A stretch of 64,000 bases of DNA, from the NCBI GenBank assembly GCA_934271655.1, contig CAKQRW010000006.1, positions 2,604 to 66,603 of the forward strand, given 5' to 3'. Position numbers and translations under genes: made by a program. This document shows positions 28,912 to 38,955 of this stretch, in pieces. Position 1 is the first letter of the stretch. Each line of letters starts with the position of its first letter. A model generated the notes under the pieces. It saw only the letters and a list, made by a program, of their open reading frames with translations. It was not told where the DNA came from and searched no databases. Origin of the DNA: an uncultured Bacteroidaceae bacterium (GTDB lineage: Bacteria; Bacteroidota; Bacteroidia; Bacteroidales; Bacteroidaceae).

Positions 28912-31542
28912 ATGGCAAAGAAAGAGGAACTCACCCCGATGATGAGACAGTTCTATGATCTGAAGGCAAAGCACCCCGGAGCCTTGCTGCTGTTTCGCTG
29001 TGGCGACTTCTACGAGACATACAATGACGATGCAGTGGTGGCATCCGACATCCTCGGCATCACCCTCACCAAGCGGAGCAACGGAGCAGGAACCAGCGGC
29101 AACAGCACAGCCATGGCAGGATTCCCCTACCATGCACTCGACACCTACCTTCCCAAGCTGGTGAGGGCTGGCAAGCGTGTTGCTATATGCGACCAGCTGG
29201 AAGACCCCAAGACCACAAAAAAACTTGTGAAGCGAGGCATCACAGAACTCGTCACGCCGGGCGTGGCCATGTCGGATAACATACTCAATACGAAGGAGAA
29301 CAACTTCCTTGCCGCTGTCCACTTCGGCAAAGCCTCTTGCGGACTCGCCTTTCTCGACATCTCCACGGGCGAGTTTCTCTGCGCAGAAGGCACGGCAGAC
29401 ACCATCGGCAAACTGCTCACCTCTTTTGCGCCGAAAGAGGTGCTCTTCGAGCGCGGCAAGAAAGACATGTTCACAAACTGCTTCGGCGACCGCTACTTCA
29501 CCTTCGAACAAGACGACTGGGTGTATACCGATGACTTTTCACGCAAGACACTCCTGCAGCATTTCGGAGTGAAAAACCTCAAAGGCTTCGGCATCGAGCA
29601 CCTCAAGAACGCCACCGTGGCCGCAGGAGCCATACTTGAGTACCTCAAGCAGACGCAGCACACACATCTCTCACACATACACAACATACAGCAGATAGAG
29701 GAAAACCGCTATGTGCGGCTCGACAACTTCACCGTGCGCAACCTGGAGCTTGTCTACTCCATGAATGAGGGAGGCAGCAGCCTCTTCTCCGTCATAGACA
29801 AGACCGTCAGCCCTATGGGAGCCAGGCAGATGCGCCGCTGGATACTCTTTCCGCTCAAGGATGTGAAGACCATCACAGAGCGGCAAGACGTGGTGGAGTC
29901 ATTCTTCCGCCATCCAGACATGCGCAATGTCATAGCAGACAATCTCAGAGAGATAGGCGACATGGAGCGCATAGCCAGCAAGGTGGCTGTGGGACGTGTC
30001 ACTCCGCGCGACCTGCTGCAGCTCATGCAGGCCCTCAAAGCCATAGAGCCTATCAAGAGCACCTGCGCCGCAGCCGACAACGAGAGCCTGAAAGCCATAG
30101 CCAGCCATATTGACCTCTGCGCCGAACTGCGCGACAGGATAGAGCATGAGATAAGCCCGTCTGCCCCACTCCTCCTCGCCAAGGGCGACGTGATTGCAGA
30201 CGGAGTGAGCCCTGAGCTCGACGACCTGCGCCAGATGGCATACTCAGGCAAGGACTATCTCATCAAGATACAGCAGAGGGAAGCCGAGGCCACAGGCATA
30301 CCGAGCCTGAAGATAGGCTTCAACAACGTGTTCGGCTACTATATGGAAGTGCGCAACACCTACAAGGACAAGGTGCCGGAGGAATGGATACGCAAGCAGA
30401 CCCTTGCGCAGGCAGAGCGATACATCACCCAGGAACTCAAGGAATATGAGGAGAAGATACTCGGAGCGGAGGACCGCATACGCGTCCTTGAGGCCGAGCT
30501 CTACGCCAGCCTCATCAAGTGGGCCGTCGACTTTGTGCCCAAGCTTCAGGAAAACGCCACTATGATAGGCCACATAGACTGCCTCCTATCCTTCGCCACA
30601 GCTGCGCAGGAATACCGCTACAACCGCCCCATGGTGGACGACAGCATGGTCATAGACATCAAGCAGGGACGCCATCCCGTCATAGAGCGGCAGATGCCCG
30701 TAGGCGAGCAGTATGTGGCCAACGACGTGTATCTCGACTCCGACACGCAGCAGATAATCATCCTCACAGGACCTAACATGGCAGGTAAGTCAGCCCTGCT
30801 ACGCCAGACAGCCCTCATCACGCTCATGGCGCAGATAGGCTGTTTCGTGCCGGCAGACAGTGCCAGGATAGGCGTGACAGACAAGATATTCACACGTGTG
30901 GGGGCATCAGACAACATATCCGTGGGCGAATCGACCTTTATGGTCGAGATGAATGAGGCCGCAAGCATACTCAACAACCTGAGCGCGCGCTCGCTTGTGC
31001 TCTTCGACGAACTGGGACGAGGCACATCCACCTACGACGGCATCTCCATAGCGTGGGCTATAGTGGAATACATCCACGAGAATCCCAAGGCCCACGCCCG
31101 CACACTCTTCGCCACCCATTACCATGAACTCAACGAGATGGAGAAATCGCTTCAGAGAGTGAAAAACTTCAACGTGAGCGTGAAAGAGGTCAACGGCAAA
31201 GTCATCTTCATGCGCAAGCTGGTGCCTGGTGGCAGCGAGCACTCCTTCGGCATTCATGTGGCCAAGATAGCAGGCATGTCGCCCGTCATCATAAAGCGAG
31301 CCGAGCAAGTGCTCAAGGAACTGGAGCAGAACAACTCTGGAGACGGCGTGAGCCGACCGAATCCCGAAGGCATCCCTACCGCCTCCTCACAGGCTGGCGT
31401 ACAGCTCAGCTTCTTCCAGCTCGACGATCCTGTGCTATGCCAGGTGCGCGATGAGATTCTCAATCTCGACATCAATGCCCTCACGCCTCTTGAGGCTCTC
31501 AACAAGCTCAACGAGATAAAGAAGATAGTCAAGGGCAAGTAG
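28912..31542 (+). CDS. mutS: DNA mismatch repair protein MutS
   Basis: 876 aa. [29 protein letters not shown]-terminus, Walker A GPNMAGKS, and [12 protein letters not shown]. Confidence 0.97.
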   Translation: MAKKEELTPMMRQFYDLKAKHPGALLLFRCGDFYETYNDDAVVASDILGITLTKRSNGAGTSGNSTAMAGFPYHALDTYLPKLVRAGKRVAICDQLEDPKTTKKLVKRGITELVTPGVAMSDNILNTKENNFLAAVHFGKASCGLAFLDISTGEFLCAEGTADTIGKLLTSFAPKEVLFERGKKDMFTNCFGDRYFTFEQDDWVYTDDFSRKTLLQHFGVKNLKGFGIEHLKNATVAAGAILEYLKQTQHTHLSHIHNIQQIEENRYVRLDNFTVRNLELVYSMNEGGSSLFSVIDKTVSPMGARQMRRWILFPLKDVKTITERQDVVESFFRHPDMRNVIADNLREIGDMERIASKVAVGRVTPRDLLQLMQALKAIEPIKSTCAAADNESLKAIASHIDLCAELRDRIEHEISPSAPLLLAKGDVIADGVSPELDDLRQMAYSGKDYLIKIQQREAEATGIPSLKIGFNNVFGYYMEVRNTYKDKVPEEWIRKQTLAQAERYITQELKEYEEKILGAEDRIRVLEAELYASLIKWAVDFVPKLQENATMIGHIDCLLSFATAAQEYRYNRPMVDDSMVIDIKQGRHPVIERQMPVGEQYVANDVYLDSDTQQIIILTGPNMAGKSALLRQTALITLMAQIGCFVPADSARIGVTDKIFTRVGASDNISVGESTFMVEMNEAASILNNLSARSLVLFDELGRGTSTYDGISIAWAIVEYIHENPKAHARTLFATHYHELNEMEKSLQRVKNFNVSVKEVNGKVIFMRKLVPGGSEHSFGIHVAKIAGMSPVIIKRAEQVLKELEQNNSGDGVSRPNPEGIPTASSQAGVQLSFFQLDDPVLCQVRDEILNLDINALTPLEALNKLNEIKKIVKGK

Positions 31543-31564
31543 AGCCTGCATACATGAAGTTCAG

Positions 31565-31599
31565 AAGATAGCAACATGCACGGTTGCTATCTTTTTTTT
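31565..31599 (+). terminator. rho-independent terminator of mutS
   Basis: AAGATAGCAAC-ATGCACG-GTTGCTATCTT, with the T-run continuing to 31599. Confidence 0.85.
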
Positions 31600-31943
31600 G
31601 GATATTGCTGACTGGGCTGTGACTCTTTCCAACATACAGGTCAAATAATAGCGTAAGCGCTACTGAGAAGTCAATCGCCCCGCAAGCTTGGAAGCAGGTA
31701 CAGACCGTACCACACAACTCAGCGCTACTGAAACGCCAATCGCCCTGCAAGAGCGCAAAAGTCCTGATAACAATAGAACTTTTGCCCTTGCAGGGCGACT
31801 TGCTTATTTTGCAGATTATATCCCAGGGTCTCGCTTCGCTCACCCTTGGCAATATGCTCCATTGTGCTTACAGCCCATATGACACTTGGCTATAGCAACG
31901 ACAGAAGCATGCTATATGCTACATCAGGCTTGCTGCCCGATGG

Positions 31944-33317
31944 TTACTTGTTTTCGTATGTCACGACAATCTTGCTGCCATATGTGCCCGTGATATTCTC
32001 CAGATCCTTGAAGCTGAGGAAATCAATGGTGAGCACGTTGTCTGAGAAAGAAGCGTTGAGGTTGACATCAGCCACCTTGTTCTCATAATCACCTGTGTCA
32101 GTTGGAACCATGTATGCGATATGCTCCATAGCAGGGAAGTAGGATGAAGTCTTCACGCTGCTGTTGAGCAACATGCCCACAAAGATGTCCTCACCCTGGT
32201 AGATGTAAGAGAACATGTCAAGGAGATAGCGCACATCAATAGTGCCAGGAACGGCGTGCACCTTAGCTGGGCTGAATGTCACATCGCCGCCAAAAGACAA
32301 AGATGAGAGACTCTTGTCGCTGTATTCAGCCGACGTGAGCTGAAGGCCACGATACCAATTGTCCTTATTCAATACAGAGGCAAGCGTGTTGTCATCATTA
32401 TAAGTCCAGTAATCATACTTGGTCGTAGGATATTCGTCCTCTGCGTATGCAGCGAGGCTCTTGACCACCTTGCCATTCTCCATAGTGAACTCAAGCGGCT
32501 TGTCGGAGAGCGGGCTTGTGGCAGAGACTGTGTTGCCAGAATAAGAGAAGCTATAAGAGAGGCCTTCCTGAGAGTCAATGGCCTTGAGAGTGCCATCCTC
32601 ATTATAAGAGAAGTTCATTGTGACACTTGTCGCGCCAATCATAGCCAGCAGTCCATTCTCGAAATACACGCTCTTTATGCGCTTTGGCTGATAGACATAA
32701 GCAGAGCCAAGGTCCCACATGTTTGCGCCACGATGCAGTACCACCTCATACTCGCCCTCAGCTATGCTTGGCATATCAAAAGAGGCACCATCGGCAGTCA
32801 CATTGACTGCGACAAAGTTTGGACGCTTAATCACATCCATTCTGCTCTTAGAGGCATTGTCGGCATCAGCAAACTCCAGCACATCGCCCTCACGGAAACC
32901 GATGCCGCTGACGCTTACCTTGCCAGCAGCAAGAGCCATCTCGTCAGGCACAGCCACAGCTGTCACAGGTACGGCAGGGGCAGTCAGCGCCACGGTGCCA
33001 ATAGGCCAGCTGTTCTTGCCGTCGCTCAGCACTACGCTTGCCGTGCCCTCGGTGAGAGTGTATGGCACCTCAAAAGTAGCTCCGTTGGCAGAAAACTTTG
33101 CGCTGACGACAACAGGTGTCCCGTCAACAAGCTGGAGCTGGATAGACTGTCCGTCAGCAAAGCCCTGTCCCTGGATAGTCATCTCTGAGCCTATCTGGGC
33201 TGTTGCTGGGATGACCACACCTGTCAATGGGTTCTTTACTGGATCATCGTCTGATGAACATGCTGAGAAGGTGATGATGGCACACAACATCAGCATCAAT
33301 GAAATCACTTTTTTCAT
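31944..33317 (-). CDS. hypothetical surface lipoprotein with two IPT/Ig-like N-terminal repeats
   Basis: MKKVISLMLMLCAIITFSACSSDDDP (lipobox). Two similar ~90-aa beta-rich repeats (...MTIQGQGFADGQ... and ...VSVSGIGFREGD...). It is the last gene of the SusC/D-type locus. Confidence 0.6.
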   Translation of the reverse strand: MKKVISLMLMLCAIITFSACSSDDDPVKNPLTGVVIPATAQIGSEMTIQGQGFADGQSIQLQLVDGTPVVVSAKFSANGATFEVPYTLTEGTASVVLSDGKNSWPIGTVALTAPAVPVTAVAVPDEMALAAGKVSVSGIGFREGDVLEFADADNASKSRMDVIKRPNFVAVNVTADGASFDMPSIAEGEYEVVLHRGANMWDLGSAYVYQPKRIKSVYFENGLLAMIGATSVTMNFSYNEDGTLKAIDSQEGLSYSFSYSGNTVSATSPLSDKPLEFTMENGKVVKSLAAYAEDEYPTTKYDYWTYNDDNTLASVLNKDNWYRGLQLTSAEYSDKSLSSLSFGGDVTFSPAKVHAVPGTIDVRYLLDMFSYIYQGEDIFVGMLLNSSVKTSSYFPAMEHIAYMVPTDTGDYENKVADVNLNASFSDNVLTIDFLSFKDLENITGTYGSKIVVTYENK

Positions 33318-33395
33318 GATTCTTCTTTTTAGGGGTTAAACATATAAGTTGATTGATTATAATCTTCGTGTTGCCTGCGGCTGTCACTTCTTGGC

Positions 33396-34754
33396 CTACA
33401 GTCCCTTCAGGCTGTCAAGTATCTTCACCGTGTCGTCGCTCGAAGGGCGAGTCATGTCAGGATTGACTATGCGTCCGTCAGGACCAATGAGAATGAAGCG
33501 CGGGATGCCGTTGATGCGGTAGTCAGCCTGAAACTGCGAGCCTGTGCCTATGTGCAACTGTGTGCCCGCCAGCTCGCCACTCTTCACGCGCGCTTCCCAC
33601 TTAGACTTATCTTTGTCAATAGACAGCCCCACAAAAGCTATGTTCCTGCCATCATACCTCTTCTCCAGATTCTTCAGGTAAGGCAGCTCCTTCTGGCAAG
33701 GGCCGCACCATGTAGCCCACATGTCTATGTAGACATACTTGCCGCGAAACTCACGCAGCGACATCTCCCTGCCGCTGATGTCTACGCCCTTGAAGTCGGG
33801 CGACTGACGGCCCACGGCAGCCTTGTCCCATTTGGCGCAAGCCTGCTTGAATATTTCATTCAGCCGAGGCGAGGTGACATAAGCGTAATACACGTTCTGC
33901 AGGTCTGTGATGTTGTCTGTGCCGTTGCCCTCCACATAAGTGAAAGCCACATGATGAATGAGCGACTCGCGCACCTTCTCGTTCTCAAAGTGCTCACCCA
34001 TATAGTTCATCTCAGCCACCACCTTCTGGTAGTACTGGCGCACATCCTTATTCTCCTCATCGAGCACATGTGAGGTCTCAATCATGTAGTTGCGGTACTC
34101 GTCAATGTCGGCCAAGTCGGCATCTTCACGCACATACTGCCTCAGCGTCTTGTAGTAGTCATCGCCAAGCACCATGGTGGTGTCCTGCGTGAGATAAAGA
34201 TGGCTGACAGGATACATCAGCATGGCGTTGGCGTAGAAATACGTGATGCGCCCCTCTTCCATCTTCACAAACTTGTCATCAGCGGCAAACTTGCGCGCCT
34301 TCAGCAGACGCTTCATAGAGGCCATCTTGGCCTCCACGGCCTTGCGGAATTGCTCCCAGGGCAGCGAATAGTTGTCATCGGGCAGTCCCACCACCTGAAT
34401 CTTGTTGAGATAGTCCACCGCCTTCTCATTGCCACCCTTCACAGAGAAGGTGTTGTCGAAGTCGGCAGCATCAAACGAGATAGTCATCTCGTCACCTTTA
34501 TGCAAATATATATTCTTGAATTTCTCGCCATAATACACCTTGGCATAGAGGGCGTCCATGCCCTCAATATCTGCCGTGGCCTTGCCTTCCACAAGCGGAA
34601 ACTCATTCACACTCATGTGATAGACCAGCACTACCGAACCAGCCACAGGGTTCTTCACATCGAAATGTACCTTGAAGCCCTCTGCTGCCCTTATGCCAAC
34701 TGCCAGTGTCAGGAGCAGCAGCATATATGCCATCCTTCTTTTCATCATAGTCAT
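33396..34754 (-). CDS. TlpA-family thiol:disulfide oxidoreductase (thioredoxin fold) with a long N-terminal domain
   Basis: WATWCGPCQKELPYL CxxC active site near the C-terminus. Signal peptide MTMMKRRMAYMLLLLTLAVGIRA. Start chosen at the ATG at 34754. Confidence 0.85.
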   Translation of the reverse strand: MTMMKRRMAYMLLLLTLAVGIRAAEGFKVHFDVKNPVAGSVVLVYHMSVNEFPLVEGKATADIEGMDALYAKVYYGEKFKNIYLHKGDEMTISFDAADFDNTFSVKGGNEKAVDYLNKIQVVGLPDDNYSLPWEQFRKAVEAKMASMKRLLKARKFAADDKFVKMEEGRITYFYANAMLMYPVSHLYLTQDTTMVLGDDYYKTLRQYVREDADLADIDEYRNYMIETSHVLDEENKDVRQYYQKVVAEMNYMGEHFENEKVRESLIHHVAFTYVEGNGTDNITDLQNVYYAYVTSPRLNEIFKQACAKWDKAAVGRQSPDFKGVDISGREMSLREFRGKYVYIDMWATWCGPCQKELPYLKNLEKRYDGRNIAFVGLSIDKDKSKWEARVKSGELAGTQLHIGTGSQFQADYRINGIPRFILIGPDGRIVNPDMTRPSSDDTVKILDSLKGL

Positions 34755-34918
34755 TTTTCTTCTTTTATGTGCTTTTAACAACAAACAATTAAATGCTTTT
34801 ATAATAAACAATCCTCATACCATTGCAGGCAGAATCTGAAAAGTATCTCTCATCGGCAAAACTTATTGTCATGATTCACGATATTGCCATGAATCGTGGA
34901 AATGATCAGCCATACCCA

Positions 34919-36496
34919 TCAGTTGGTGCGCTCACGGTAAGTAGCGTCAACAATCTTCGCAAAACCAGTGTACACCTTAGGCTTCACAGAAGAGAAATCG
35001 CCCTCCGTCACTATGCCGTTATAGATGCGCAGAGTGCCTTCGCCACCCTTCTCCGATGCCACCACCAAGTCGTAGTCGTGGATAGACGCGGCATTCTGGT
35101 AGAGGTTGAACTTCATCATTGTGACTGTCTCACCAGCAAGCTCAAATTGCTCCTCCGCCTTCAGCGGCTTCTCCGACAGGTTGACACGGTAGACAGTGCC
35201 ACCGACAGAGTAGTACATGTAGTTTCTCAACGAGCTAAAGGCGAAGTGCTCAGCCTCCGAAATGCCCTCACAGCCGCTCATATCGCCATAATAAGCCTTG
35301 CCAATAGCGAAAGTGCAGTCAGCGTAGCATAGCATGTCGCCGAGCTGTATGCCATACAGAAGAAGCTTCTGCCCATCCCTCAGCAGCGTGTATGTCACAC
35401 CCATCTTAGCGTTGCCAGGGTCATAGCATGTATTCTCCATATACACAAAGTCGAGTCCTTCGGGATATTCATCAAAAGCGGAACCTGTGACCATGTCGCT
35501 GCCCTTATAGCCTGTGGCTATGCTCTCCATCTCCTCCATGGTGTGGCAAGACTTGTCAGAAAGCGAGAGTCCCATCAGAAAGGGGCAGCACGACATGAAT
35601 CGCCTGTTCTCCTCGTCATATAAAAGATATATTGAGGCATATGATGTGGCTCCCACATTAGAACCCACATACGGAGCCATACGCCCTGTCTTGCTGGCAG
35701 AGGCGAAGAGTCCCTGTATGCCCATGTTAGCCGCCGTGTAAGCCACGCCATCGCTCACGCACACTCTCATCATGCCGCTTTGGTCGCTCACCATGCCATG
35801 AGGGTGCAGCTCCAGCGACTTAGCCACCTCATACTTGAAGGAATATTCCTTCTTCCACGCAAAATTGTTCTTCGACAGCCTCGTAGCCCCATCTGCGGTA
35901 AAGAGGTAGAAAGGTGAGTCGCTGTTGCCATTGCGCGGCACATACTGTATGGCATATGGATGGTTCAGCTCAGGCATTCCGCTGCCGCTGAGCACATCAG
36001 CGTAAGTCTTTCCTGTCACGTCAGAGATGATGTCCAGCCGCGCCTTCCCATCAGCGTCACACAACACCATCCATCCCTCCGACGAGGAGTCGCTGACTGT
36101 GAGCGAGCAACTCTTTCTCCAGAACAGTCCCGACTTCTTTTCCGTCATAGTGAAATAGAGTTTGTACTCACCAGCGTTGAGTGTCACTTCCTCGCGCAGA
36201 TGCTTATCATTACTGAGCGTCGTCACCTCGTTGTCACCCGCATTATTTATCACTTTCCACTCGTAAGTGTAAGCATCAGCGTCTGTGATGTTATCGCCAA
36301 GTGATGGATCCAGACTCAGCTCATCATGTATAAGCACAGATATCTTATCTGGCAGGCCTGTGATGTCAGGCTCATTGAGAGAGTGGTAGTCGTAGTTGCC
36401 CTCGTCTTGCGAGCATCCTGCCGCCAGCAGCCCCATAAGCACGGCTATCACCATAGCCATGTTTTCTATTGTTTTGCGTATCATCAACTTATTCAT
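34919..36496 (-). CDS. PKD-like family lipoprotein (SusC/D-locus associated)
   Basis: 525 aa with lipobox LLAAGCSQDE. Ig-like N-terminal segment (YTYEWKVINN...GEYKLYFTMTE), then EGWMVLCD and a large beta-rich domain. Its position after DUF4843 and before TlpA matches the conserved Bacteroidetes locus architecture. Confidence 0.65.
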   Translation of the reverse strand: MNKLMIRKTIENMAMVIAVLMGLLAAGCSQDEGNYDYHSLNEPDITGLPDKISVLIHDELSLDPSLGDNITDADAYTYEWKVINNAGDNEVTTLSNDKHLREEVTLNAGEYKLYFTMTEKKSGLFWRKSCSLTVSDSSSEGWMVLCDADGKARLDIISDVTGKTYADVLSGSGMPELNHPYAIQYVPRNGNSDSPFYLFTADGATRLSKNNFAWKKEYSFKYEVAKSLELHPHGMVSDQSGMMRVCVSDGVAYTAANMGIQGLFASASKTGRMAPYVGSNVGATSYASIYLLYDEENRRFMSCCPFLMGLSLSDKSCHTMEEMESIATGYKGSDMVTGSAFDEYPEGLDFVYMENTCYDPGNAKMGVTYTLLRDGQKLLLYGIQLGDMLCYADCTFAIGKAYYGDMSGCEGISEAEHFAFSSLRNYMYYSVGGTVYRVNLSEKPLKAEEQFELAGETVTMMKFNLYQNAASIHDYDLVVASEKGGEGTLRIYNGIVTEGDFSSVKPKVYTGFAKIVDATYRERTN

Positions 36497-36608
36497 TCTG
36501 CAAGCCGTTGTTAATAATGTTAATATCTTTTCATACTGTTCACAACTCCATACACGGCCGCTTATGTTTTCCGCAGCTCCGTGTCATGCAGTCGTTCTTT
36601 CCACTCGC

Positions 36609-37391
36609 TCATTTGGCAGCAAACAGGAGAGCATTGCCATTGCTGTCGAAAGCGTCTGTGTCATACTTCTCCCCTTTGTTGCGGAGAGCCTGCTGCTCGT
36701 TCACATAACTCTGCATCTCCGAACTTACATAAGACTGCATGGCAAGCGTCATCTGGCTCTCGTCATTGAAAGCAGCAGGGTCGAGGTCAAGCACCTTGCA
36801 GGCCAGTTCAAACTTCTGCTGCGTGAAGTCTCCCAGCAAGTCTTCCTCCCAAGCCTTCGGAGCTGCTGTAAACTGGTCGGAAAAGACTATCGTGTAGGCA
36901 AGCGTAGTCACCTCCACGCCATTGGCATTGTCTTCCTTTGTCACAGGCAAAGAGAAATTATCATTGCTTATCAAAGCCACCCTGACATGCTTCTTCTGGC
37001 TTTTCAGAACCTGAGTGCGCTTCAGCGTGACAGTATAGTCCACCGTTGTGGCTCCAGCAGGCATCTCCGCCTTGGCAGGCAACACATAGTCTGTGCCCTC
37101 TTGGGCATCCTCCGAATAGACCGATATGCCTATCTCCCTGTCCTCATCTGCCGGACGTCCCACCAGCTGCACCCTGACAGGCACCTGCATCTCGTCTCCC
37201 TTCTGATATACAAACGTCACATCAGTAGAGTCTTGCAGCACATTGGTGTTGGTGCGGTTATTCAGATAGACGCCGCTTATGTCCTGAAAGTTATCTGGCG
37301 TCTGCTCGCTGCAAGCCGTCATCAGCGGCACAGCCAGCACAAAAGCCATGAGCGGCATCACAAAACAATATCCTATCTTATTCTTCATCAT
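36609..37391 (-). CDS. DUF4843-like lipoprotein
   Basis: 260 aa with lipobox PLMTACSEQ. Calx-beta-like segment (DREIGISVYSEDAQEGTDYVLPAKAEMPAGATTVDYTVTL). Located directly after SusD. Confidence 0.65.
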   Translation of the reverse strand: MMKNKIGYCFVMPLMAFVLAVPLMTACSEQTPDNFQDISGVYLNNRTNTNVLQDSTDVTFVYQKGDEMQVPVRVQLVGRPADEDREIGISVYSEDAQEGTDYVLPAKAEMPAGATTVDYTVTLKRTQVLKSQKKHVRVALISNDNFSLPVTKEDNANGVEVTTLAYTIVFSDQFTAAPKAWEEDLLGDFTQQKFELACKVLDLDPAAFNDESQMTLAMQSYVSSEMQSYVNEQQALRNKGEKYDTDAFDSNGNALLFAAK

Positions 37392-37480
37392 GTCTTATTC
37401 TTTATTAAGCGTTCACTTTTTCAAGAACCGCACTCTTGCCTCATCGCCAGCAAGCACAGTTCTGCTATCCACTTGCCGAT

Positions 37481-38935
37481 TCACCTGTTGTCAGTCTCAG
37501 AGTCTGGCAGCGGCACCACAAACACAAGATCGCTCGCCTTGGTGTTCTTGCTGCTTGACGATGACGATATGATGTCGCTGTAGAGCCTCTTGTAGAGATA
37601 GAATAGCTGTCCCTCTCCATAAAGCTCGCGTATGTACTCATACTTCAGCAGGTCTGGGGTGAGTGTCTGCAAGCCAGCCACGCCACGGTTCTTGCGCAGC
37701 AGATTGACATACTGCACGCCAGCCGACAGTTGGTCACCCTGGCTCTCCGCTGCAATGAGCAACATCTCTCCGAGACGCAGCATAGGAATCATAGTGTTCT
37801 GTATGCTTCCATCTGCCACCATGTCACTATACTTATAGAAGTACCTGTTGCTTCCGGTAGCTATCCAGTTGGCACGGTATCTGTAGTCATCAGGATAACC
37901 TCCTGTCTGCGCTGCGCCTCCATACACTATATTGTCCATCAGTCCGTTGTCCATGCGAAACACATAGTTAGGCAGGCGCGACGGGTCATAATAGCTTTTG
38001 AAGATATTGCCACGTTTTGTGTTGCTCAAGGCAAAGATGACCTCTGATGAGAAAATGCGGTCAGGGTCGGCAGGCGAACCCACCACCAGACTCTTGTCCA
38101 CAAACGAAAAGATGCCTGAGTCCACTGTCTTTATCACATCCGTGGCATATTTCAAGGCCTTCTCCTTATCTCCCACATAGAGATAAGCCCGCGCCAAGAG
38201 AGCCTCAACAGCGTAGTAGTTGAGCCGCAAGGCGCGGTAGCGCGTGAAATTGCTGGTGCCGTCAGCAGCCCCGCTCATCATGGTGCCCTCCGTCTTCACA
38301 GGGTCGTTGGCCAGGAGCACACGCGCATTCTCAAGGTCATCTATCACCTTCTCAGCCACATCAGCGGCGGAAAGCAGCGGCTCAGGCGTGTTGGTCACCC
38401 TTGTGTAATAAGGAATGGCCGTAGCCTCGCTGTCCTTCGAGTATACCGGGCCGAAGAGACGCAGCATGTCAAAGTGCAGCATGGCACGCAGAGCCATGGC
38501 CTCCCCCTTCACCATGTAGTAGTTGCCGCTGGAGAAGAGGCTGCTCTTGTCGTCTATGCTCTCAAGAATCTTGTTGCAGTTGAGTATGAGCGCATAAGCC
38601 TTGTTCCATGTCTGGTCGAGGCGTCCGCGCCAATACTCTGTGCCATATTGGTAGGAGGCAAGGTCCTTATAGTTGCCCCACACGCTGTTGTCAGAGCCTA
38701 TGGCATATGCTCCGCCCATCACTTCCAGCATCTCCACCGAGAGAGTCTTGCCATAGAGAGCCTCGTCATTGAGGTCTATGTATATGCCATTCAGCATCTT
38801 CTGGTAGCCCTCCTCACTTTTCATGAGTTCGTTCTCTGATATTTTGTCGTATGGCTTTACGTCCAGCCAGTCGTCGCACGACATGAGCGCAAGGCAGAAT
38901 GCCGCCATCAGCATAGTATAGATTTTTTTCTTCAT
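37481..38935 (-). CDS. RagB/SusD-family nutrient-uptake outer-membrane lipoprotein
   Basis: Start chosen at the ATG at 38935 (MKKKIYTMLMAAFCLALMSCDDWLDVKPYDKISENE), the canonical SusD N-terminus. TPR-like helical body. Confidence 0.9.
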   Translation of the reverse strand: MKKKIYTMLMAAFCLALMSCDDWLDVKPYDKISENELMKSEEGYQKMLNGIYIDLNDEALYGKTLSVEMLEVMGGAYAIGSDNSVWGNYKDLASYQYGTEYWRGRLDQTWNKAYALILNCNKILESIDDKSSLFSSGNYYMVKGEAMALRAMLHFDMLRLFGPVYSKDSEATAIPYYTRVTNTPEPLLSAADVAEKVIDDLENARVLLANDPVKTEGTMMSGAADGTSNFTRYRALRLNYYAVEALLARAYLYVGDKEKALKYATDVIKTVDSGIFSFVDKSLVVGSPADPDRIFSSEVIFALSNTKRGNIFKSYYDPSRLPNYVFRMDNGLMDNIVYGGAAQTGGYPDDYRYRANWIATGSNRYFYKYSDMVADGSIQNTMIPMLRLGEMLLIAAESQGDQLSAGVQYVNLLRKNRGVAGLQTLTPDLLKYEYIRELYGEGQLFYLYKRLYSDIISSSSSSKNTKASDLVFVVPLPDSETDNR

Positions 38936-38955
38936 GTAACGCTTCTTTTGTAAGT

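Noticed and set aside
28417-29511. 364-aa minus-strand ORF
   Set aside because: It is entirely antisense to the C_GCAxxG gene and to mutS, both of which carry unambiguous conserved motifs. Its sequence is low-complexity (A/V/G/C-rich) with no recognisable motif, which is typical of a shadow ORF.
36396-37583. 395-aa plus-strand ORF
   Set aside because: It is antisense to the DUF4843-like lipoprotein and to the 3' end of SusD. It breaks the tightly spaced co-directional operon and has shadow-ORF composition.
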